NCBI GenBank assembly: GCA_000934665.2
Contig: KZ538564.1
Location: forward strand, 1-61,548
DNA: 61,548 nucleotides
From: Catajapyx aquilonaris
Lineage: Eukaryota
Direction of reading: 5' to 3'
Shown here: positions 1-13,100 of the stretch, in pieces
Numbering within the stretch: position 1 is the first letter of the stretch
Layout: each line of letters begins with the position of its first letter
The notes under the pieces: model-generated
Databases searched by the model: none
Seen by the model: only the letters and a program-made list of their open reading frames with translations
What the model was told of the DNA's origin: nothing
Position numbers and translations under genes: made by a program

Positions 1-150
1 TGGGCATCTGTGTTCAAAATTTGGAAGCTCTACCTACAGCAGAACGTGAGTTAGGGCGAATAAAAAAAACGTAACAAGAAGATGTTGAAGAAATTCATTG
101 TTGAAATCTATGCTACGGTCTTACTAAGGGGCTATCGCCCCTTAAATAAT

Positions 151-491
151 ATAATAATCCGGGGTAGTGCTGACCTCATCAGAGGTATGTAGCACGGACC
201 TTTATTTATTTTTGTCGTGTACAGTACATTGGAGCCTTTATACGTAACGCCCGGGCCCACGGGCAGGATGACAGGAGGGGATGTCCAAGGTGCAGTGCAA
301 TGTCTTTATGTGGCCATTTTTAGTGAACTCCCCCGGGTGGTTTAGTCTGTAGGAAATACCACCCGAGACGAAGCCAGAGGTGACCCAATGAACTCTGCAC
401 GAGATGAAGGGGGTGTCCCCGGGTTGGGATCGAACCCGGGACCTTAACATCCGTGGGCGCGTACGTTACCGCAGCACCACTTCGCCTCCCC
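151..491 (-). mobile_element. tRNA-derived SINE, family B
   Basis: Reverse-strand head GGGGAGGCGAAGTGGTG...GGGTTCGATCCC; homologous to 59404-59725. Confidence 0.8.
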
Positions 492-493
492 AC

Positions 494-600
494 ATCGCGA
501 TATTCGATACATCGCACATTCCAAGCGTCGGATATCGCAACTTAGATATTAGGAAAATATCGCATCGACTGTCGATGTATCGAAATATCGCACAGCCCTA
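494..600 (-). mobile_element. hAT-like MITE end fragment
   Basis: Ends in ...ATATCGCACAGCCCTA (TAGGGCTGTGCGATA on the minus strand) with repeated ATCG subterminal motifs. Confidence 0.45.
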
Positions 601-1276
601 CATTTCAGATGATATAGGGAGTTCCAGCGTAATTAAGAACCAAGTTAGAGGATTTTGAACTGGAAGTCTAGGTCCTAGAAAAAAAAAAAGTGGGATTCAA
701 TTTTTTTTATACATCTGTAGATCCGTGCAATAGGAAACCCCTCCTCCAACCCCTGGAGTGATGCCTTATTATAGTTGGGAATTGGGTTGGAAACAAAGTT
801 GTAGTCGAGCCCCGTAAAAATAATCCCCCTCACTTCTCAACAACACGGGACGAATCCTGCTTTTATTGTGAAAACGGGAGTTGAAGGGGAATAAGGTGGC
901 GAAATGGAAAATGTCGCCTTGGACCTACTTTCTTACCCAAAGGAGCCCTTAGGATTCACAACCTCCTCCTTTTTTTTACTCTTTCATTTTTCTCTCTCTA
1001 TTTCCAAACCACCAGCACGACTGCTTTCCGCCATTGTGGAAAGCAGGCACTTCTGCGTCCTCTGTAACGATGATAGTGGTGACCCTTTCCCAACCGGACC
1101 GTAAAATGATATCGCTTTCCATTGGGGGGCTACAACAGACACGAAGGTATTGCTAAGAAAAATATTTTGAAATATGTGGCGAAAAATCAGGTTGGGTTTA
1201 TATCCGATTTGTAGAATAGCGCCTGTATGTTACGCCACCGGTATGACAAAAGTGGTACTTTGGTTGCGCTTAATGT

Positions 1277-1497
1277 CAGGATAACCCCAACTTGACTGAA
1301 AAGTGTAGACTGGAGCTACCAAACTCAAGGAGTACCCAGGAGTAATAAAGAGTGAGGTACCTGAGGAGTACCAGGGAGTACCACTCGCAGGTGTACACCG
1401 GAGTACCAGGGAGTACCACTCGCAGGTGTACACCAGAGTACCAGGGAGTACCACTCGCAGGTGTACACCGGAGTACCAAAGTGATTACCCCCTTGGA
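1277..1497 (-). mobile_element. TIR element with three 35-bp tandem units (1365-1469)
   Basis: GGAGTACCAGGGAGTACCACTCGCAGGTGTACACC x3; both ends homologous to 9745-10101 in reverse orientation. Confidence 0.65.
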
Positions 1498-2911
1498 TAA
1501 CCCCCAACAAATAGTACTACTGTAGTAGCAAATTGATGCACATTTTCACTATATAGCTATGAACATATAATGCGTGGTCTATTTCCAGATGGTTGACAAA
1601 GGCTGTTTACAGTGTTACGAAATTTTTAAATTACACCCAGAGCTCACGTCCCTTGAGACATTCAAGGGTGGTGGTGTCGTCGGAAAACTCAAGCCCCGAA
1701 ACAAGAGTAAGCAATTCCACACGTGAGGCACAATCTTCCGTCCGAAGCCAATCTCCCCATGGTTCTTCTCCTGAGATCGTGACAATTTGGCCAAAAAAGA
1801 AATCCCAAAATCCCGAGGTCATTCCATCCTCAAAGGAGCCTGGGAGGGGAAACCTTTTTTTTTTTTTACACTCCCCCCGCCCTACCCTTTTTTCATTTTT
1901 TTTACGATTTCAGCAAGCCTCTATCTTCCTCCGACACTTTACTCGTCAATCGACAATGATAAGGCCATCTTTCTGCAAACGTGCAAAAGCTGCCTACCAT
2001 TTTTTCCCCTTCCTCTTCCTTCTTCATTTCCCCTCAATTCCTAGATGCCAGTCTGAGATAGGTGATGTAGCTCGAAAATGGCGGCTCTGGAGTTGCTCAT
2101 CTTCTTGGGAAGGGGACGGTGGGAGGAGGGGAAGGAGGGGATAAGGCCTCCCCCTCCCCCCAACACTCTCCCCCCCTTCCACCCTTGAAAACAGCAATCG
2201 GGTCCCAAATTCAATTTGATATCAAGGAAATTGGTTGGCGACACGAGGTGGAGATAGAGGGTCTCATGTCCATCTAAGGTCACAGACTCTGTAGATTGGG
2301 GGCTTTTCCCACTCGCCATTTCGAACGGGGGAAGGGAGCGGGAGGGTGGGGAAGGAGTTTTCACCTTAGCGAGCCTTATCTCGCCATGCCAACCAGATCC
2401 GAAAAAAAAGTGTGCTGATGCAATATCATCAAATAGGGCAAAACAGTGCAGAGTTGTACAATATTTAGTTTCTACAGTACCTTGTGTGCACTTTTTTGAA
2501 AGGAAATTTTGAAGAAGTTGCATTTGATTCGTATTATCAGGGTATAAGGTAAATAAGGTCATTATAAGGTATTATAAGGGTGTATGGAAATAACTCATGC
2601 AGTTATAGAGATACTGTGGTAACAGAATATATTTGTTGAGGGCAATGGTAATAGTTTGACCTCTCCTGCAATTTTTGTACCATAATGTATCTTTGTTGCA
2701 ATTTATTACTGTTTTCTGTTTAAATATCCTGTGCAGAAATTCAAATGTAAAACTGCTTCGAAAATTTGTATACTGGTATTTCTTAAATAAAAGCAAAAAA
2801 ATTATAGTAGAAATTCAGGTACAGTATGGTTAACCAGCTCACTCACATGTAGGCCTATAAATATACACGTTGTTTACACTATGCGTATACGCATGCTACA
2901 TATCAGATTAA

Positions 2912-3270
2912 GGGGAGGTGTGGTGGCCGAGATGGTAATGTCTCGGCTTGCTGAATGAAATGTCCCAGGTTCGATCCCCTCCTGGGAGTTCCCTTTCACC
3001 TGCGTCAGGAGGGTCTCTGACCCGCGCCTTGGAGGTGTCTGGCAACCTAACAAACCAACAAAGTCCCGCCCCCAGACCTTGCAGAGCCTTCTGACTGGGG
3101 GAGGGTTCGATGGGTGGCCTAACCGACAGGATATTTTGTACTACATGTTTGCGGCCAATTATCTCCGTAATGAGGCTGCCCAGACATATGACTCCTATAC
3201 TTAAATCGATCCTCTGGTGGCTAGGAAGGCAGTCATATACGTCGGGGCACTGAGTTCAGATACACCCTGT
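2912..3270 (+). mobile_element. SINE family A 5' half joined to a Tc1/mariner-type MITE end
   Basis: SINE head at 2912-3052. 3157-3270 matches the right arm of the 54725-55162 MITE (...GATACACCCTG). Flanked by the direct repeat ATATCAGATTAA. Confidence 0.7.
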
Positions 3271-3534
3271 ATATCAGATTAACGGAGGGTTAGGTGCTGT
3301 ATGTCTCTTGTACTTACACCCTGGAGAATGTACTCTTGCTTTTGGTAATAATGCAGAAGGCGTCGTGTCATGAAAGCGCTTGAGTCCGGCGTGTGATATG
3401 TCTTAACACATTCTCTATTTAACATGCGCGTGGACCTGTGGCTTGTGGACGTGAAACGGGAACTGTGTCAACAGCTGTAGAACAACTCTTCTTGGTACGC
3501 TTGGCACCAACTTGCCAAAATTAGGCAAAAGTGC

Positions 3535-3538
3535 GAGA

Positions 3539-3582
<44 letters not shown>

Positions 3583-3608
3583 GAGAGGGAGGGAGGGAGA
3601 GGGAGAGG
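3535..3608. repeat. (GA)n microsatellite
   Basis: Read directly from the sequence. Confidence 0.95.
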
Positions 3609-5227
3609 CAGCAGCATCGAAGCGACATCCGACGTGACGGTCGGAAGTGCAGAAGTAAGCGAGTCGCCACCCCAGCCCGTAACGGCAGAAATGGGAACTC
3701 CGTGGACCTCTGGTGGACCTGGCCTCGCCCGGTTTTTTTAGTATTACAAAATCCCTCATGACCGTTTCCAAAAAACAAAAGTGGTTTGCAAATATAGAAA
3801 ACGCGGGCAAAATTCAGAGACCACTCCCAATGCTGTAGGCCCTACGGTGCGGGAGGAGTTTCCATGACAGTCGGGTATTAATAATATAGATGCCGATCTT
3901 CTTCCTTTTCGACCCCGTACCTGCCTGAATGTATACTTGAGGCACGTATTTCCGGGTCATGGATAGCATTTACCATGTGATAGTTTCATTTCTGAGCCCC
4001 ATAGACGTTTTGCTAAAATTGTAAAAAAAATTAGAATGAAATGTAATGATTGAGTATTATAACCTCATTACTTCAACTTATGTTTCTGCACACATTGGTT
4101 GAAAAGGGACAAGCTCAGGTCTGCCAGAAAATGTAAATGCTGTCCATCATATTTTTGTTAGGACAAAATATAAAAAGTAGCATACTATTTTCCAATCTGT
4201 TCGCTCGACTTGACTCTATAAAGACCTTGACCAGACGTACCGATCGATGCTGCTTTTCAATAAACAGCGTATACCCTGATATAGGTTTTGACCCCATTTG
4301 ACGGGTACTCATCTTGGAAATGTTGATTACCAAGAAAAAAAACCAAATTGGTGGCTGATGAAAACACTTCGGTTGTCATTTGCCAATGGCTTTCGGGATG
4401 ATCGAGGCATATAAAGCAGCGTAATTTCTATGGACTTGATTTACATAGTCCAGTTAGGACATCCAGAGAAAGGGCAAATGGATGGGAATGAAGGGAGGGG
4501 GGGGGGGNGGGGAAATTCATCCGGGTTGTTTACTCCACACTGAGGCTTATGTGACTTTGGTGGTAATTTAGTGCCCCGCAAGACACGAGCAGAATACTCC
4601 TCCCCAACTTTATTACTCTCCTTCCTGCAGGCAGATTAATCAAGTACCCCTGCTGCTGTTTTGCTTATTAACCTTGGTCTAGCTCTCTCTTCCTCTCCCG
4701 CAGTAAATGAGATTTTTTCCGGTACACATGCACGGTCACAGTAATGAGAGATTAGGTGCAGCTAAGCCTCAGCTTTCACTTTATGCCCGTTGTTGAATGA
4801 GTCGGGATTTATGACCGCTTGTCTCCACCAGATGTAAATACGCTAACTAAAATATCCTAATGGCTTTTCCGCTGGAAATCTCATACTGTGAAGCATGGAG
4901 AAGCAGTTTGGATGCGAAAGCCCGACACTTTCAGGTGTATTAAGGTGAAGTGGAGCAAGTCCGTGCCATGGGTAAGCCTAGGATATCTCTTCAATAATGG
5001 CCAACCACAGTCACCCAGGGTCTTGGCCGTGGTCACGAACTAGGTATCTCAGGACTTGTCACTCCCCCTCTTATCACGTTGGGGATAAGAGGGGGAGTGA
5101 CCAGTCCTTAGATACCTAGTCCGTGGTCGTGGTCCACAGGTTGCCAACAACCTATTTATTACACTAACCTCGTCTCCGGCTGTCTCACGACTGACAATAC
5201 AACCCCTAGCCTCTCCCCAGGTCCGAC

Positions 5228-5656
5228 CTTGGAGGAATAATAGTATGGAGTGGCCCTGACCCCGCTTGGCGCGTGCCGATTCTTGCGCGCGGCGGCCATC
5301 TTGGAGTTGGAAAAGGGTTGGCAGTGGCAGTTGCCAGCCCAAGCTCCAAGAGCCCACGTGACCTTTATGACTTGATTGTAGTGCAAGAGGCCCACCTAAA
5401 ATACTTGGCTAACATATCGCCTTAGCCAGGACCATCTCGAATTGTTCTTTGGGTGTATCAGGCGGCATCGTGGATGCAACATAGCCTGCGAGGTACAAGC
5501 GATTACGGTGCAATGTTGTAATTTTTTTATTGGTAATAAGGAGTTTTTGGTGGCTAAGTCCGTAGCCGTTGATTTCTTTCCAACTCCTACATGGACGCCC
5601 TACGCTTCTATGCTAAAGGGATAGGGAGGGCCACTCCATACTATTATTCCTCCAAG
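5228..5656. mobile_element. P-superfamily-like MITE (30-bp TIR, 8-bp TSD)
   Basis: Perfect TIR CTTGGAGGAATAATAGTATGGAGTGGCCCT; TSD GGTCCGAC at 5220-5227 and 5657-5664. Confidence 0.85.
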
Positions 5657-7666
5657 GGTCCGACACCCGACACCCCTAGCATCCATGCCATCTCTTGACA
5701 AAATTGCTAACTTGCAACTAGCCCCATCTTGTGGATACGGAGGATGTCATACGCTGTAACCGTCAATCCGATATTGCATATCTATAGGATATATTCTGAA
5801 CTTCTGTGACCTATAGCACATGGTAGTATAGGAAAGCCTGTTCACATTTACTTCAATCCTTGATGTTCCTCTTCTATTACATCAACTGTAAAATGCATTT
5901 TCTACAACATTCCCCTCACTCTTCGTAAATAAAGAAAGCAGAATTGGGGTAAGGGGAAAAGACAATTGAAACCCATCCTCCCTCCCTCTACCTCCCTGCT
6001 CCCCAGGTCAAACCTTCCCCTCCAACTTTCGATTCCATTTGCCCAAATTGACTCGGCAAAAATGGCGTTAGGGCCAATAACAAACGATGGTAATCATTCA
6101 GCCCGATGTGGAAACGACAAGAGGAGCATTAGTTGATTTTTGTCTTGGGGGGGAAGGCTTTAGGGGAGGAAGACGGAAGGTTCAAGGCTGGTGTCAAGGG
6201 GGGGGGGGGTGATGGAAAGAGGGGGGTAGACGTTTTGATATTTTATTGGTCGGTTGAAAAATGACCTTCCATCCCATTTGTGCCAATCGCCGTGTATTAG
6301 TCAAAAGGAGTGTTTGGTCAGTTGGCGTGATTTTTCACCACAATTTCCAATGATGGCTGTCACTAGAGTTGATTTTGTTTACACGTCTTGTCGTTTGCAC
6401 ATGTCTTTTTTTTTTGAAGATTTCTTTGAACATAAATTTACGAAACTGCTGTAGGTCCTGGTAGTACGTGGCCAAAATATAGGGCTGACATTGCAGACGC
6501 CACAGAATATGCAAGGTGAGCACAAAATGTTTCAATTTGGTCGAACTTTGCATATCTAGGATATTCAGTCTCTTCAATATTAAACTGTATATATTCTACT
6601 ACATAATGACGAAAAGAAGAACACTTTGCAACCACAATTCGCCAATACACTGTACGTGCTACGCCTCCATTTCTTTTACCCCCTCTCCAGCTTGCATTAC
6701 GAGCAGTAAACCCTGCAACTAGTCTCACATAATTTATACCCTCGCTTTTCGATTCCGTGGAGGGCGGTGATCTCCCCCCCCCCCCCCCCCNAGGAAACGG
6801 AAAAAAGAGCGGTTCATTTCTGCCTCCAATAAAGTCACTGGGAGTGGTTATCGAAAAAGCTATTGTGACTTCTAAGCGCTTCTCTTTTTTTATTTCCTTC
6901 TTGGGTAGTTGGCGTGTCAAGTGAGGATATACGGGGTAGTCTTGCATCTCTTAGTAATTGCGTTAGGAAGGCGGCGTAAAGGTGAATTTAGCTTCCAGGC
7001 ACGAAGTCCTGTCCGACGCCATTTGCTACAGGAACACTATCGCCCTCTGCCTTGCTATTCTTCCGTTTCCAAAATGAAAACAAAGCTGAACCCAATATAC
7101 CATTTTTTGGAGCAATTATAAACCCACATAGTACAAATCACCTGTTGAGTAATAGGAGGGCTGCTATGGCCAAAATCTTTTGCGCTAACTTGAAATCGGG
7201 GGGGTGATAAACGCTAAAAGCGATCGATGGTCGGCAATAAAAAAGTAGGAGAGAAAAGTTCAAGTTGTAACGGGTTATGACGACTTCAAAACGGTTTAGT
7301 AGCGTTATAAGGATTATATCCGGATGACGGGCTGAAGATAAAGTTTGCACCTCCAGCTTGGGAAATAGTCTATAAAAACGTCGGGATTCGTTTTAATTTT
7401 GAGACACTTGGAGGCGTCTGGTATATATAATCAGAGTACTATGAGGATAGTCGCTGATCCGGAATTTATTGCATACGCTACGTTTGGTGAACTAAAAACA
7501 GAAATTGTTGAAATTATTACTGAACCTTGTGACTTTCCTCACTAGAGGGCAGTGGCGACTGCTGGGTGTGGACCTGTGAGCCAGTTGTAAAACGTCCTGG
7601 CTGAAGGCTGGTCTCAATAAATTTGTTGTCCCGAACCTTGGACATGTGATGACCTGTGGCGGTCAC

Positions 7667-8062
7667 CCCGAGGGAGTGCGCACCGACTGAACTCCGTGTA
7701 CGTTTCCGATCAAACTCCACCAAACTCCACCAAACTCCACCGAACTCCCGCCAAACTCCGACCGAACTCCTTCGAATTCCACCGATTTTCACCGAACTCC
7801 GACCTAACTCCTCCTAACTCCAGTCAGACTCCGACCTAACTCCACCTAACTCCGACAGTACTCCACCGTACTCCGATCAAACTCCACCGAACTCCCGCCA
7901 AACTCCGACCGAACTCCTTCGAATTCCACCGATTTTCATCGAACTCCGACCTAACTCCGGCCAGACTCCGACCGTACTCCACCGTACTCCGACGAAACTC
8001 CACCGAACTCCGAACTCCGAACTCCAGTGTACAGAAGTACTCCTGGTGCGCACCTCCTCGGG
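7667..8062. mobile_element. TIR element filled with an AACTCC-based minisatellite
   Basis: CCCGAGGGAGTGCGCACC...GGTGCGCACCTCCTCGGG ends, GGTCACCCC direct repeat overlapping both ends (TSD length ambiguous), internal AACTCC array. Confidence 0.7.
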
Positions 8063-9744
8063 TCACCCCTTACAGCCTATCCCTTCAAGTTTGGCTGAAT
8101 ATTATTTTAGTTCATTTTCATTCCACAAAATAATTTTTGGAGGGTACCTTGGAACAATGCGTGAGACACTTTCACTACCGGTAATCAATCGCCTTGTTTA
8201 CGCGCCCTTTTTTTGAACTGACAGCTGACACTGCACGCACCCTGTAATATCCAGCAAAAAAAAAGGATACATATCTAAACCGGCGCCACTAGCCCACCTC
8301 CTAAGCGTTACGGTATGGAGATAGCGCTTTTTTTTCCGTGCCCCATAACTCAACATAGGCGGCATTTCCGAATCGTCTACATCATTTGGAAAAACTAGCT
8401 CGCAGATCTAACCCCGCACATAATTCGATCCAGTCAGAAAACATACCCTCTAGAAAATGTTTNNNNNNNNNNNNNNNNTTTTTTCCCCCCCCCCCCCCCC
8501 CCATCTCTACCACTGCAAAGTTCCCAATTACAGCAATTAATTTGGGGTACTCATCCCTGATAATCCCAGAGAATTCGACGAAATGTTTAGAAGTGCAAGC
8601 TTATTATGGGTCGGCGTCCAATTTCGAATGCTCTGCGTAGGTATAAACAATGGGGTTTTGGGCGTGGCGGTAACGAGGGCGTATTTCGTGTTTATACCAG
8701 GCCCAGCTCCGCCGAGGACTCCTAATGCTTATCGTTATGTACGATTTACAATAGCGTCGGCTTTTGCCAGAATAGGGAGGGGAGGGGGGGGGGGACCAGC
8801 GTTGCAGTTTAACGCGCAGGGGGATATACACTATCATATTGCGTATATATCATTTTCGTGTATGTCGGAGTCGAATTTTCGATTGGTGCAATGGGGATCG
8901 TATAGTTTGATGATGACTGTGGTTTTACTATGTCGGGGACTTGGCTAATTAACTTTTTTTGAATTTTTATGGCGTTCCGTTTATGGGAGGTATTGGCTTT
9001 GACTCATCCCTTTTTAGAGGCCTGGGGCTGGTTGGAGCCGGTTGGGTCGTAAGCTGCAAATCTTGGCTGTGACGTCACTCGGGTGCCTCGGATTGGCCAG
9101 AAAACTATGGTCAAAATATTATGGGCATACAAAAACAAATCCACACAAAATTACCACTCTAGAGAATGCAGAAAATCTGGAGTTGCTGGCTTATGCATCT
9201 TTAGGACTAAATAAATGCTACTTGATGGTGTAAATAACTCCAAACCGCCACTGGATTTCACTTGTATGCCCAATTGTCACTAGAATATTGCCCAGTGCTA
9301 TGTGGCATACTCGGATAGGCCTATATATAGGCTACAATGTAATATGTAGGCGACACTACAAAACTGTTTAAACTCTGTATGTGCTAGCTCAAAGACTTGG
9401 CACTGTAGTGCATTTCAGCGTTTAAGAGGTCACGTTTCGCTGCAGGCTGTTCTACAGTAAACTTCCATCAACTTAAAGTTATACTGCAATGTAGCTAAAC
9501 ACTGTGTTATATCGAAGCTTTCAACTATTTGAAATATTTAGTAGTCAGAAGGCCTAGTAAGTACTGCAGGCTGTAAGCAAACTGTTACAATAATTTCCGT
9601 ATCATGCTGCAAAATAAATATTAAATATTGCAATGTGGAAATTCTGCTGAGATTTGTCTAACTACAGTATAGGCTATATGTAACATCAATAATAATGGTA
9701 GGAAAGGAATAAAAATATCTACAATAGTCAACATGACATGCTTT

Positions 9745-10101
9745 CCCAAGGGGGTAACCACTTCGGTACTCCGGTGTACACCTGCAGGGTGCAGTGCTGG
9801 ATATTCCGTCATACTGCTAGCTACATTTTCCGATGCGGCAGACATGTGATTTTGGCTGGGGACAAGCCATTTTTCCATTGCACCCCAGCCGGTGACGTCA
9901 CTCAAGGCCTACATCTTCTTACTCGCACGGCTCACACTCTATCACTTCGATTTGCAATTCTGCGTCATCAGAAAATGTCGCAAGCAGTATGACGCGATTA
10001 ATGTCCAACACTGTACTCCCTGGTTCTCTCAGGTACTCCATGTACTCCTTGAATTTGGTACTCCATTGTACACTTTACAGTCGAATGGTTAACCCCTTGT
10101 G
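9745..10101 (+). mobile_element. TIR element, same family as 1277-1497
   Basis: CCCAAGGGGGTAACCA...TGGTTAACCCCTTGTG inverted ends; GTACTCC subterminal repeats. Confidence 0.65.
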
Positions 10102-13100
10102 CTTTTCATTCAAACTCTAATCCAGTTTTGGATCAATTAAAATTTTCAGTAAGTGCTTATTAACAGCCGCAAACTGATATGTTGAGCCATGAGTTTGACA
10201 TATTGCCATAAGGCAAGGAACTACTCTAGCGCCGGTAACTATTATAGGGCCTAAGTATAAATCAGTTTCCCTGGTGTTTGGTCGGTGAACCGACTGAAAA
10301 TGGAAGATTCAGTTTGGCCAAAATGTCCATGGGTGGCTTAGACGACATGGCCGTATCCGAAATCCCTGGCAGGTATCATGAATGCTGAGGAAAGCGGGTC
10401 TCATCCCCGCTGATCACTCCCTGGAACACAGCTAATGTGGCCATTGAGATCCCTCCGGGGCTTTCCCGGAAAATCCCCGGATGAGCTGGCTGGTCATTCA
10501 GAGAGCCGACGTCAATGCCATTGTTCTTCCTTTGTATTTATCTCGGCTGATCGACTCCCAACCAAAATAAATGAGGGACCCACTGATTAAGGTGACTCAC
10601 AGGATCGATGCGCAACAGACATATTGATTGATACCTACCCCGCCTTCTAATTACGACGCAGCCAGCCTACAATTAATATCACTGCAGTCGGTTTTATTTC
10701 GAAGGGGGGGCTTGGTTTTTGCTGACTTTTCAAACGCACCCTCTGATGGCTGCAATGGCTACACGCTCAAATATTTCGAGTGATTTTTCACGCGAGGTTC
10801 CCATTCAAATCCTGCTTTGCCTGAATGATTTGCATCATTTCCACTTGTTATCAAAAATACTGATTGACACACGACTAGTGAATGGTGGTCAAATCGTGTT
10901 GCATCATATCAAACTTATCTGTATCTACCTTGATTGGAAGTGGGCACGTCAAGCCTAATATTATTGACACGAAAACGATTATATAATGCTGTTTACAATA
11001 TCAGTTACATACTGTATATCGGTTCACCCTCACCACCTTCCCCCTCCTGCTAATTAGTCCCATCGGATCAGCCTCATGTTTCCCCTTTCACCTCCTCCTC
11101 ATCCGGCCATGACCCCACGTCCTTCTGCCAACCCTATCTACCCCCAACTTGACCCCCGGAGCGAGGGACTTGATAAATACGATAAAGAAACATGCAGTCT
11201 CGGGAAAATATGTCGCAAACTTATTAATGTCATCCAAACGAATAGAACATGTTCTATGAACTATTTTATTCATTTCATCGTGTAATATTAATAGAATATA
11301 AAGCACTGACATTCGTACTGTTTTGCTCATAGCTAGTGGAAAAACATCTCGTGAAATAATGCACGAATTGCATCCGTACAATGTTACATATTTCATGGAT
11401 AACTGTTTTATTAGTAATTTTTAAAATTCCAATACCGTACTGCATCACATATCGGCAGTTAAATTGGGCCTTCCCATGTATGTAGCTGCTCGGTCCAGGG
11501 AATGACCGGACAGATTTCTGGACATGGCTGGAGTACACGTGATCGATAGTAAATCCCGAACAAGTGGTTGACCCTTCTAATTATTTAAAATATAGTTACC
11601 ATCAATGAATAACTAAGAATCAGCCACAAGATCTGGCTAACTTGTTCAGCCTAATTCAACCCCAAAAAATCACTTCCAATCCCAATATGTTCAAGCCACA
11701 ATTAAATGCCAGTCACTGTCTATTTTGAAATCAAGATAGAATTTTGTGGACTAGTTATTTACAGCCCCACTCCTACCCCCACCTGAACAAATGGCTGCAA
11801 GTTGACCCCTTGCAGAAATCCCTACACGTATTTCAGTTGGCGAATGTCAAGTCAAATCAAAGCTGAGAGGGGGATGTGACATGGCGGCGTAATGAGTTGG
11901 GATGGGTCAGGATGCGACGATTCCAGTCGCGTAATCCGGGGGGCTGCTGTCATTTTCCGGGAAGGTTGACATGTGACGTGGCCATATGCCGGAAAATGTT
12001 GCTTCTCCCTCCCCTACTCTCTCTCTCTCTCTACCTTTTTGTGTGTGTGTAGAGGACACTTCGACATTTGCTAGGGGTTTACGATTCAAAACTGTCGTAT
12101 TATTAATGTCGAGTGGCTGATGACAGCTAGCTGCGAAAACAGTTTAAACAACTAATAGATCGGGAATTAAGTCGTGACAGGGACAGGTCCGAAATTTTTG
12201 GCCGCCAGAGGGCAAATATAATTCAATTTGCCCCAACTGTCCGTCACAATTGCAAATTCTCCCAGACTCTTTCTGGTACAAATGAAACATTCCTGTAGGC
12301 ACACACGTGGAAATGTCACTCTCGCTTGCTCACCATCGGCATTTCCCACTCTGCATTGCCAAAATATTTTCCACCCCCCAACTCTGATGAGAGTTTTTTT
12401 TTTTCGCAATTCGCCCCCCACCCCCCACCTTCTCACCACCATTTCCTCGATATTGAACGTTCCGAGCCCCATTAATCCACGCAATTATGAATGGCACGTT
12501 ACACAGCACCATTATTAGAACCCAAAGATATAAGAAAAAAAATATTCGAGCACTGAGACGCCATTTTGAACACCACCTTCAAACACAAAGGATTTAGCCC
12601 ATCCCGCGTCAAATTCATATCCCTAGAAATTATCCCAAAGATTAAGCCGGACTTAAAGGGAGCGAATTAGGTACCCTGATTGCTTATTCATTACGGTAGA
12701 TGTGGTCTTCTGTCAGACCCTCCCAAGTGGTCCTCTTTTCAAGTCATGATTTGATAATTTACTCCCTTGAGAGACGATAGCATTTTGGACGATACTATCG
12801 GAAAAGGTACAATTTTTTTTTCTGTAAAATTTTTTGAAAATGCGCTTTCTTGGTGCGTCTTGGGTGTCTGATCGCATCCCTTTCTTCATTCCTCCGTCGA
12901 GTTGGGAAAATGATTAGCATTCATGCTCCAACTCCCCGCAGTGGATAAGGATTAATGCATACTAATTGACTAGGGGAAGCCCCGTCTCTTCCCAGCGGAC
13001 TTTGAGATGGCGCAGGGAAAAAGAATGAATGATGGAGCCAGCTGACGTGGAGGAAACTCAAGAAGGGGGACCAACTCAGGGGGGGGGGGGGGGGGGGGNG

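Noticed and set aside
1365..1469. CRISPR-like 35-bp repeats
   Set aside because: Head-to-tail with no unique spacers, no cas genes, eukaryotic context.
1593..2562. Overlapping 170-180 aa ORFs
   Set aside because: They run through homopolymer and pyrimidine tracts, with no motifs or splice support.
8463..8500. N runs beside long C/G homopolymers (also near 4508, 6791, 13099, 13548, 59776)
   Set aside because: Sequencing or assembly uncertainty rather than biology; G-run lengths are unreliable, so no G-quadruplex claims are made.
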